IMG/VR virus record: IMGVR_UViG_3300017779_000064
Reading direction: 5' to 3' (one strand)
DNA length: 33,248 bases
Source: a virus
The notes under the pieces are model-generated. The model was not told the DNA's origin and searched no databases. It saw nothing but the letters and a program-made list of their open reading frames with translations. Within the stretch, counting starts at the first letter, position 1. Each line of letters starts with the position of its first letter. This document shows positions 1 to 6,234 of the stretch, piece by piece. The position numbers were made by a program, and so were the translations under genes.

Positions 1-123
1 CCCATGTTCAGCACTGCCGCTGCTATCGATACCTGCCGGTCATCGTACTGCCAGCGTATCCCAGTGGCCTCTTGGAATACTACACCATAAGCTGCACAGA
101 TGGCTCGACACGCACGTTCAGGC
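1..123. repeat. Terminal direct repeat: identical to 33126..33248, marking circular closure or assembly overlap
   Basis: Base-by-base comparison: cccatgttcagcactgccgc...cgcacgttcaggc occurs at both ends of the window (123 nt). Confidence 0.95.
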
Positions 124-827
124 TGATGACTGCCTTGCGCGCGCGTGGGCATGTGTGACTTGCTTTTCTTTCTTTCTTCAACAAAACCATTTATACTATT
201 CTTATCTTCTAGTTCTATATTGTTGCTACTAACAACCTCCGGGTTGTTTTTTCGTACAACCTGCAGGTTGTTTTTTCGTACATAGCCCTCATCACTATTA
301 CAACCTGCAGGTTGTTGACTATCGTACTTATCCACAGGCTGTTTGCGCCCTTTTGTCAGTTGTCCTTTAGCTCCTCGGTTGGCTACTGCCATTGTATCTT
401 GCGCCTCTCTTGTGAGTTCTTCCTCGGTCTTTGGTGTGGTGTTCAGCACCTCTTGCAGTGTCATTCTGGGGTCATAGATTACCCTCCAGACTGCGCCTCT
501 TTTGCCCCATGCTCTTCTGTTATCTTCTTTGCGTATCTTCTGGATGTAGCCGTACTCGACTAGCTTCTTCATGTGTTTATGTACTGCTTGCTGAGAGATG
601 CCTATGGCTTCAGCTACGGTCAGTTGGTTCATAAAGAACACTCCGGTGTGTGCTTTGGCGTAGGAGCAGACGAAGGCGAGTACACCGAATGTTGAGGCGT
701 ACTTGTGCAAGCGTGTATCCACTGTTGCTCTGGGCGGTATGAGACAGAATGGACCTGGTGCTTGGTATTCACCGTGGCCATCTGGCGCGTCCCGTATTGG
801 GTCTGGACTGAGGGCTGACTTACGCAT
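1..827 (-). CDS. Replication-initiator-like winged-helix DNA-binding protein, 5' portion (total 337 aa; continues into 32939..33125 across the junction)
   Basis: Manual minus-strand translation. ATG at 827..825 overlaps the methylase stop (ATGCGTAA). Reads MRKSALSPDP...TFGVLAFVCSYAKAHTGVFFMNQLTVAEAIGISQQAVHKHMKKLVEYGYIQKIRK (MarR/DnaD-like wHTH pattern) and stays open to base 1. It is in phase with the ...AAVLNMGYTEDTF... ORF at the other end. Absent from the ORF track only because the window cuts it. Iterons and an AT-rich tract lie inside it. Confidence 0.6.
   Translation of the reverse strand, partial: MRKSALSPDPIRDAPDGHGEYQAPGPFCLIPPRATVDTRLHKYASTFGVLAFVCSYAKAHTGVFFMNQLTVAEAIGISQQAVHKHMKKLVEYGYIQKIRKEDNRRAWGKRGAVWRVIYDPRMTLQEVLNTTPKTEEELTREAQDTMAVANRGAKGQLTKGRKQPVDKYDSQQPAGCNSDEGYVRKNNLQVVRKNNPEVVSSNNIELEDKNSINGFVEERKKSKSHMPTRAQGSHQPERACRAICAAYGVVFQEATGIRWQYDDRQVSIAAAVLNM
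161..232. promoter_or_regulatory. AT-rich tract (about 74% A+T by my count) flanking the iterons; candidate DNA-unwinding element of a phage origin
   Basis: tgcttttctttctttcttcaacaaaaccatttatactattcttatcttctagttctatattgttgctactaa has 19 G/C in 72 nt, against roughly 50% G+C elsewhere. It lies directly downstream (in gene direction) of the iterons, as in lambda ori. Confidence 0.5.
233..314. repeat. Iteron cluster: 24-bp tandem direct repeat (233..256, 257..280) plus a third copy of the 14-bp palindrome (301..314)
   Basis: caacctccgggttgttttttcgta / caacctgcaggttgttttttcgta / ...caacctgcaggttg. CAACCTGCAGGTTG is a perfect palindrome. All copies are inside the initiator coding sequence. Confidence 0.85.
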
Positions 828-1851
828 CGATGCTGGCCTTGATTGCTTCACCAATCTTCTGTGCGATTTGGGGCACGATTGCGTTGCCTAGTCCTTTAAG
901 TCTGTCGGCTCGTCCTTTAACGCCTTTGACTGTTCTGGGGGTGTCTCTAGGCTCGTCCAGCCAGCGGGGTATCCCATCAGCCATTCCACCCAATCCGCTG
1001 AGAGTTGACCGCTGTGGTGGTTCTCCCTGACTGCCTCGTCCAGATTGCATTTGTATGTCGGGCTGTTCATAAACCTGTTCTTGGCCGCGCCTTTGTAGTT
1101 CGCGTACGCTGGTGTCGGCCACATCTTGTCTTTCATCGCCTTTCCTTTTCGGAAGGCCATCCCGTCGAACTCTTCTTTCGTTGCCGCCTTCTTGCTCAAC
1201 ATCTCCAGACTGCCTTTGTTGGTGAACCCCCGCGTGTCTGGTGTCGGCCATAGTTTGTCCGGGTTGAACACCGCCGCTGTCAGATTGTTCTGATGGTTCT
1301 CGCGCCATTTCTCGGTTGCTTTGTTGCTGTCCTGCACTGTCGGTGTCGGAAACATTTTTGGCAATAATCCAGAGCCTGTTTCTTCTGTGTGGCGCATCGA
1401 CGGCGCAAGCTGGAACAATAAACGGCCTTGTGGCGTACCCTTGACCTTCCAAGTCAAGTAGCACTTGGTCGAGGCCCATTGAGACATGACCATAAACGTT
1501 TTCGAAACAGCACCAAGCGGGTCGTTTTTGTGCAATAATTTGCAACAAGTACGGCCAGATGTGGCGGTCATCTTCATGTCCGAGGCGCTTACCGGAGAGG
1601 GAGAACGGCTGACAGGGATAACCGGCTGTGAGGATGGTTCGCTTGGGGTCAGTTCTGGGAATAAGTCCATCTGGGTCATTGGCTAACTCTTTCACATCTT
1701 CAGCGATTGGCACATCAGGCCAATGCTTGGCTAATACTTTGCGCGACCACGGTTCTATGTCGCAGAAGAAGACAGGCTTGCTTAGACCGGCCCACTGAAA
1801 GCCGAGGGCGAACCCGCCTATGCCGGAACAAAGGTCAACGTGGCTCAACAT
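820..1851 (-). CDS. DNA (cytosine-5) methyltransferase (343-aa ORF); central third is compositionally aberrant
   Basis: Motif I DLCSGIGGF, motif IV GYPCQPFS, motif VI FENV, motif VIII APHRRNRLWIIA, motif X RLKGLGNAIVPQIA. Residues about 168-300 are Q/R/G/E/D-rich with no recognisable TRD or motif IX. Confidence 0.85.
   Translation of the reverse strand: MLSHVDLCSGIGGFALGFQWAGLSKPVFFCDIEPWSRKVLAKHWPDVPIAEDVKELANDPDGLIPRTDPKRTILTAGYPCQPFSLSGKRLGHEDDRHIWPYLLQIIAQKRPAWCCFENVYGHVSMGLDQVLLDLEGQGYATRPFIVPACAVDAPHRRNRLWIIAKNVSDTDSAGQQQSNREMAREPSEQSDSGGVQPGQTMADTRHAGVHQQRQSGDVEQEGGNERRVRRDGLPKRKGDERQDVADTSVRELQRRGQEQVYEQPDIQMQSGRGSQGEPPQRSTLSGLGGMADGIPRWLDEPRDTPRTVKGVKGRADRLKGLGNAIVPQIAQKIGEAIKASIDA
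888..1679 (-). CDS. 263-codon ORF fully embedded in the +1 frame of the methylase gene. It carries the WPTP-repeat/TRD-like and motif-IX-like sequence. Either an overlapping gene or the true central reading frame of the methylase
   Basis: ORF track. FPTPT (1338..1352), LWPTPD (1239..1250), MWPTPA (1110..1121). Two of the PTP motifs are followed by NLxxAV (NLTAAV, NLDEAV). WVEWLMGYPAGWT lies at 954..992. It is far longer than any other same-strand alternative-frame ORF in the window (next longest 114 aa). Confidence 0.55.
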   Translation of the reverse strand: MTQMDLFPELTPSEPSSQPVIPVSRSPSPVSASDMKMTATSGRTCCKLLHKNDPLGAVSKTFMVMSQWASTKCYLTWKVKGTPQGRLLFQLAPSMRHTEETGSGLLPKMFPTPTVQDSNKATEKWRENHQNNLTAAVFNPDKLWPTPDTRGFTNKGSLEMLSKKAATKEEFDGMAFRKGKAMKDKMWPTPAYANYKGAAKNRFMNSPTYKCNLDEAVRENHHSGQLSADWVEWLMGYPAGWTSLETPPEQSKALKDEPTDLKD

Positions 1852-2051
1852 TCCTCGTCATCCTCATCGTCTGTCAGGCGCTCACCACTTCCCAAGCAGT
1901 CTGTACAGGTCTCGACACGCTCCTCTACGTATCCGCTATCAACGTCAAAAGACTGACGGTGATACAGTTCTATGAGAATGGTGCCGGTGCCCCCACATTC
2001 TTGGCATATCCGCATGGCTTCGTTGGTGGCGTTGCTCATAGCTTGACCCAT
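1845..2051 (-). CDS. Small zinc-ribbon protein with two DnaJ-type CxxCxGxG motifs
   Basis: CQECGGTG and CTDCLGSG in 68 aa, with an acidic C-terminus. Overlaps both neighbours by a few nt (operon packing). Confidence 0.6.
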   Translation of the reverse strand: MGQAMSNATNEAMRICQECGGTGTILIELYHRQSFDVDSGYVEERVETCTDCLGSGERLTDDEDDEEC

Positions 2052-2533
2052 GCCCCGCCGACCGCTTTTCTGGCCACTGTGATGGGCATCAGGATTGCCT
2101 TGGCACCTGTTTCTTTATCACCGACCGGAACGTGCCGACCTCCCCAGCTTGTGGCGTGTGTGTCGCAGAGTGCTTGGATGGCGCTAGTCTTCATCAGCCA
2201 CACCTCATCGCCAACGCCGTGTATCCATAGTTCAGGGTTTGGCCCTGCGGGGTGAATGCCTGACGGCTTGCCTTGGCTTTGTGTTTCCAGTGCCAGGTTG
2301 CCGGATCCGCTGGCGGCGAAGTCCATTTTGCATTCAGCCTTAATGCGGTGGGCACCATAGAGCGGGACATCTAGAACGACCGTCAGGTCATAGTCATGGT
2401 CTTTGCGCTTCCATGCTTCATGTCCGGCTTTCTTCAACAGCTTGATGACTTTGCGTTCGAACTCTTCGCCCAGTTTGCGCTGATGATTGAACCGTTCCAT
2501 AGGTGACATTTCGTAATTGTACGTTGGTGCCAT
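2036..2533 (-). CDS. PD-(D/E)XK-like nuclease-fold protein (165 aa from the internal ATG)
   Basis: D-x-D...AECK arrangement (DYDLTVVL...HRIKAECKMD). ATG at 2533 is preceded by AAGAGGG and sits 2 nt after the upstream gene's stop. The longer 2578 start would overlap that gene. Confidence 0.45.
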   Translation of the reverse strand: MAPTYNYEMSPMERFNHQRKLGEEFERKVIKLLKKAGHEAWKRKDHDYDLTVVLDVPLYGAHRIKAECKMDFAASGSGNLALETQSQGKPSGIHPAGPNPELWIHGVGDEVWLMKTSAIQALCDTHATSWGGRHVPVGDKETGAKAILMPITVARKAVGGAWVKL

Positions 2534-2535
2534 GA

Positions 2536-2970
2536 CTAGCCCTCTTTTTGCGCTGATACTGCGCCATAGACCCAGCAATCTCTTCTGCCAGCGGCCACGT
2601 TCTTACCGTTCTTGCGTATGGTGTGCAGCTTTACGATTAGGTTGACGTTGGCGAGGGCTGACATGTTTGCGGCTACACTGTTGGCGTTCATGCCGGTGCC
2701 CTGGCTTACGGCGGTGACTGTTGCCGGTCCTTTGGTGGTCAGGAAGCTGATGATTTCTTTTTGTTGTGCGCTTAGTTTCTTCAAATAAGTGCGGGCATCG
2801 CATGGCAGGGGTTCGCGCAAGGTGATGCGCTTGGTCTGGCGGTCGGGGTACAGAGTTCCACGGGGCGTTGTTGTCTTGGCGTCCCGGCGCTCATGCTCAA
2901 GCATTCTCTGGCCAAATTGTTCTTCGCTCTCGCCCTGTCGTGGCGCTCCTGCAAACGGGTTCAAGGTCAT
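2536..2970 (-). CDS. Winged-helix (MarR-like) DNA-binding protein
   Basis: LSAQQKEIISFLTTKGPATVTAVSQGTGMNANSVAANMSALANVNLIV. ATG at 2970 is preceded by AGGGAGA. The N-terminal extension to 3120 overlaps the previous gene. Confidence 0.55.
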   Translation of the reverse strand: MTLNPFAGAPRQGESEEQFGQRMLEHERRDAKTTTPRGTLYPDRQTKRITLREPLPCDARTYLKKLSAQQKEIISFLTTKGPATVTAVSQGTGMNANSVAANMSALANVNLIVKLHTIRKNGKNVAAGRRDCWVYGAVSAQKEG

Positions 2971-3157
2971 GTGTCTCCCTTTCGTACTCTTTTTTTTGGA
3001 ACGTAACGCCGTAGTAGTGGGCGTATCGTCGAAGGTTTGGCTCTGGAACGTCGAGTATCTTGGCGGCGTCTTTAATGCAGTATGAGGGGGCCAGTGATTG
3101 AACAAGTTCCAGACGCTCACGCCGGTGTCTTGCTGTCATCTCGGTCCAATACTCCAT
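2897..3157 (-). CDS. Small HTH protein; N-terminal region loosely resembles the GcrA-type DNA-binding domain
   Basis: WTE...RLELVQSL...IKDAAKILDVPEPNLRRYAHYYGVTF, compared from memory with the GcrA N-terminus (WTDERVELLKKLW..LSASQIAA.LG.VSRNAVIGKVHRLGL). Family assignment is weak. Confidence 0.4.
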   Translation of the reverse strand: MEYWTEMTARHRRERLELVQSLAPSYCIKDAAKILDVPEPNLRRYAHYYGVTFQKKEYERETHDLEPVCRSATTGRERRTIWPENA

Positions 3158-3158
3158 A

Positions 3159-3542
3159 TTACTCAGGCAGTGCGAACTTGACTGAGCGGTACTTGCTTGC
3201 GGGCACCTCTATGATTTTAGTGCCGGTGAACTGTGCCTCGACCAGCTTCTTTTTGAGCCTGTAAATTGCTGTTCTCATGCCCTTTACATCCTCGACCACC
3301 AGCGCCCCGGTCTGACCGTCTGGGCCAATTACTTTGCAATCGAAATACTGAAAATCGGCTTTGTATTTGCATATCTTCTTGCCCTTGATTTCAATCTGGA
3401 AAGCGGTCTGCATTTCAAGGTGCGTGATTTCACCAGCATCAAGGCGAGGCTTAAGCGTGTGCCAATAGTGTTTAGCTTCAGCGAGGCTGTCGAATTTGTA
3501 GCCGCCGAACTCCACCTTTTTGTTGCCAAACTTACTACGCAA
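3159..3542 (-). CDS. DUF1064-family protein (phage nuclease/resolvase-like)
   Basis: KFGNKKVEFGGYKFDSLAEAKHY...GEITHLEMQTAFQIEI...YKADFQY...VVEDVKG...RLKKKL matches the DUF1064 signature. Confidence 0.75.
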   Translation of the reverse strand: MRSKFGNKKVEFGGYKFDSLAEAKHYWHTLKPRLDAGEITHLEMQTAFQIEIKGKKICKYKADFQYFDCKVIGPDGQTGALVVEDVKGMRTAIYRLKKKLVEAQFTGTKIIEVPASKYRSVKFALPE

Positions 3543-3729
3543 TGTTTCTAGCCATCTTGACCAGGTTCAGCATGTCGGCGTCCACGTCCTTGTTCAGACG
3601 GTCGAGGCCAGCCCGTAACAGGTCGTTTGCCACGAAGGTCATTGACCGGCGCTGCAGGGTGGCGGTCATTTCTAACTCGTCGCGGAGTTCCTTGCTGACC
3701 CTTAAATGTATGACTGCCTTATCGCTCAT
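3535..3729 (-). CDS. Ribbon-helix-helix (Arc/CopG-like) regulator; first gene of the minus-strand early operon
   Basis: MSDKAVIHLRVSKELRDELEMTATLQRRSMTFVANDLLRAGLDRL: beta-strand followed by two helices, 64 aa. Lies next to the divergent control region. Confidence 0.6.
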   Translation of the reverse strand: MSDKAVIHLRVSKELRDELEMTATLQRRSMTFVANDLLRAGLDRLNKDVDADMLNLVKMARNIA

Positions 3730-3843
3730 TTGTACATCCTCAACTATCGTAACAATTAATACTTGTACAATGTGTAGCGCGTTGCTATATCTGTGTCTAG
3801 GTGAGCAAAACGTGAGTGCTCAAATTAATTTCGGGAGAGACAG
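3730..3843. promoter_or_regulatory. Divergent control region between the RHH gene and the serine recombinase gene
   Basis: 114-bp gap. TTGTACA at 3730..3736 and the perfect palindrome TTGTACAA at 3763..3770. Plus-strand candidate promoter TTGTAC (3763..3768), 17 nt, TATATC (3786..3791). GGGAGAGA lies upstream of the ATG at 3844. Confidence 0.5.
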
Positions 3844-4638
3844 ATGACCGGCCTTATTCAAACCAGACCTGACCACGGTGCAATGCACACTGGCAAGTTC
3901 GCGGCCTATGTGCGTGTGTCTACTGACAAGCAGGACAATGAGAACCAGCGGGCCGCAATCAAGGCATATTTGAACGGTGGCGATTACACGGTTGAATGGT
4001 TTGAGGACGAATGCTCTGCCGGTACGCCGTGGCATAACCGCAAAGGCTTGCAGGACTGCATCAACTACGCCCGCAAGCACGGTGCGACTATGGTGGTGTA
4101 CTCTGTTAGCCGCTTGTCACGCAAAACATGGGAAGGCTTACGCTTTCTTGACCAGCAAGTCAGCACCGGCAAGGTACAGTTCGTTGCTGTTGATAACCCG
4201 CTGCTTGACCACAAGACGGTCGGCTTGTTGGCCGCTGTCGCTGACATGGAACGCACCGACATCAAGGCACGTACCAAAATGTCATTGGCCCGCATCCAAG
4301 CTGAGATTGCCGAGAAGGGTAGCTATGTCACCAAGGCTGGCCGCACAATAAATAAGCTAGGCGCAACCGATACAACAGAGGCATCGTTGGCGGGGAATGC
4401 CGCAAATGCCCGTAAGGCGCTTGTCTATGCCACGCAACTAGAAAACCTGTTCAAAGCATTCGTTAAGCAGGGCATGTCGTACCGTGAAATGGCCTCAGAA
4501 CTGAACAAAATAGGTATCTTGACGCCACGTAAAGCGGCTGACCCTGACATGCTAGAGAACCCAATATGGCACGCAAGCAGTACCCGCAACTATGTCAAAC
4601 GCCTCATCAAAGCTGGGGTCATAAGTTCCAATAAGTAA
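3844..4638 (+). CDS. Small serine recombinase (resolvase/invertase family) with a C-terminal HTH
   Basis: AAYVRVSTDKQ (catalytic Ser), VYSVSRLSRK, ADMERTDIKARTK. C-terminal GMSYREMASELNKIGILTPR. The start could instead be Met14 (3883). Confidence 0.85.
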   Translation: MTGLIQTRPDHGAMHTGKFAAYVRVSTDKQDNENQRAAIKAYLNGGDYTVEWFEDECSAGTPWHNRKGLQDCINYARKHGATMVVYSVSRLSRKTWEGLRFLDQQVSTGKVQFVAVDNPLLDHKTVGLLAAVADMERTDIKARTKMSLARIQAEIAEKGSYVTKAGRTINKLGATDTTEASLAGNAANARKALVYATQLENLFKAFVKQGMSYREMASELNKIGILTPRKAADPDMLENPIWHASSTRNYVKRLIKAGVISSNK

Positions 4639-4746
4639 TTGTTGACTAATTAAGAAAGATAACTTTGGGTACGTTATCACGTATCAAACTGCAATTAATC
4701 GGAGAACCCTAACGACAGTTGGGTTAGGCTTTGGAGGGAATTACAC

Positions 4747-4947
4747 ATGAAACGTCAGTTAAATAGAACCGGCATGGTTTGGAGCCACATTGTCCCAAGT
4801 TGGACAACCGCCAACATTGTTATGCCAGCCAGCGAACGCGCAATGCACATTACGCCAAGTGAAGCACGGCATACACAGAATAGGAATGCAATTGAACTAG
4901 TATCACCGCCGAGAGCAAAGGAGCAAATACACAATGCCTTTAGATAA
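4747..4947 (+). CDS. Hypothetical small protein (66 aa)
   Basis: GGAGGG lies 7 nt upstream of the ATG, and the ORF overlaps the xis start by 14 nt. No recognisable motif, so this region could equally be non-coding. Confidence 0.3.
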   Translation: MKRQLNRTGMVWSHIVPSWTTANIVMPASERAMHITPSEARHTQNRNAIELVSPPRAKEQIHNAFR

Positions 4948-5176
4948 TCAATTTATAATTCCAGAAGGGATGCGGCGAGCGCAAGCCGCAACCCACGTTG
5001 GCATTTCTGCCGCTCACTTTGACAAGCTAGTAATCGATGGCCTCATGCCTTCGCCACGTATCGCGGCGGGCGTTAAGATATGGCTTAGAAGTGAACTTGA
5101 GTATGCTTTGCTTGAACTTGAGCAAGACCAGCGGGGTTCAGTGCAATGCAAAAGCGAGTACACCTTAAACATCTGA
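4934..5176 (+). CDS. xis: AlpA/excisionase-type (MerR-like) HTH protein
   Basis: RRAQAATHVGISAAHFDKLVIDGLMPSPRIAAGVKIWLRSELE. AAGGAG RBS. Immediately upstream of and overlapping the integrase gene. Confidence 0.65.
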   Translation: MPLDNQFIIPEGMRRAQAATHVGISAAHFDKLVIDGLMPSPRIAAGVKIWLRSELEYALLELEQDQRGSVQCKSEYTLNI

Positions 5177-6234
5177 ATAGGTCCGGCGAATACAAGTCAG
5201 GTAACCCGCGTTGGTATTACCGGCCAGTAGGGCAGAAGGGCATCCCGATGCCTGACGCTACTATGGGGTCTGTTGAGTTCCTTAAAGCATATACCGAGGC
5301 GGCGGGCGTAGAGCCTGTACGGCCAATCATCAAGGGCAGCTTGGCCAGTGCCGTGTCAAAGTATATCGCCAGTTCGCACTTCACCACCTTGGCCCCGCTC
5401 ACCCAAGGCGTTAGACGCCGTGCCCTAGAACGTATCAGGGAGACCGCTGGCAGTGAGAAGGCACTGACGCCGGACGTTATCCGCGCTGACCTCAAGAACT
5501 ATCACGGCCACGCGCAGCACACTCAGCTTAAAATGTGGCGGGGGTTCTGCAAATATTTGATGCACATCGATGCGCTGAAGATAGACCCCAGCAAGGACAT
5601 GGTCCGTGCGCCTGTTGTCAAATCTGATGGACACATACCGTGGGACCACAATGACGTTGAGATGTTCCGCAATCATCATGCTTTGAACACGCACCCACGC
5701 ATGGCGTTTGAGTTGCTGTACTGGACCGGCGCAAGCATGGTGGACGCTGTCCGACTTGGACCAGGCAGCATACGCCCCGGTGGCTGGCTGTCATACCGCC
5801 GGTCAAAGACAGGCACCTTAGTCGAGATACCTTTTGACCGAGAACTGCCACACTTTGCACAGTCGTTTAAACGCGACCTAGACCTATTGCACAAAGCAAT
5901 TGCCGCGCAAGCTGACAAGCACATGACCTACATTGTGACCGGCGGTTTCGCCAACAGCGGCAACGCAAAGAGCCGTGCAGTCAAAGGCGCATCGTCATGG
6001 TTTAGCCGACAGGCATCGGCGGCGGGTGTTGAAGGCAAGACAGCGCATGGCCTGAGAAAAAGCAGGGACATGGAGATTGCGGCCAACAACGGGTCAGCCA
6101 CAGCCATTATGTCTTGGTTGGGCCACTCAACGCTGGTTGAGGCGAGTCGGTACATTAAAATGTTTGACAAAAGGAGGGCGTTATCAATATCAAATGGTGA
6201 GCATACAGGGGTTGGAACTTCCAACTCTAATTAA
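5146..6234 (+). CDS. int: Tyrosine recombinase (phage integrase)
   Basis: C-terminal catalytic signature ...TAHGLRKSRDMEIAANNG...WLGHSTLVEASRYIK (H-x-x-R, then H...Y). 362 aa. Confidence 0.85.
   Translation: MQKRVHLKHLNRSGEYKSGNPRWYYRPVGQKGIPMPDATMGSVEFLKAYTEAAGVEPVRPIIKGSLASAVSKYIASSHFTTLAPLTQGVRRRALERIRETAGSEKALTPDVIRADLKNYHGHAQHTQLKMWRGFCKYLMHIDALKIDPSKDMVRAPVVKSDGHIPWDHNDVEMFRNHHALNTHPRMAFELLYWTGASMVDAVRLGPGSIRPGGWLSYRRSKTGTLVEIPFDRELPHFAQSFKRDLDLLHKAIAAQADKHMTYIVTGGFANSGNAKSRAVKGASSWFSRQASAAGVEGKTAHGLRKSRDMEIAANNGSATAIMSWLGHSTLVEASRYIKMFDKRRALSISNGEHTGVGTSNSN

Noticed and set aside
703-891. Plus-strand ORFs at the window start (312..563, 431..634, 703..891)
   Set aside because: All are antisense to the junction-spanning initiator gene or the methylase gene and lack motifs. 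The minus-strand frame has a clear wHTH and is continuous.
2971-3120. Long N-terminal extension of the winged-helix gene (194-aa version, 2536..3120)
   Set aside because: The extension overlaps most of the upstream HTH gene in another frame and has low-complexity composition. The internal ATG at 2970 has a good RBS.
3730-3843. SOS/LexA box in the switch region
   Set aside because: I found no CTGT-N8-ACAG and no GTTC-N7-GTTC / GAAC-N7-GAAC pattern. CTGTgtctaggtGAGC is only a half match.
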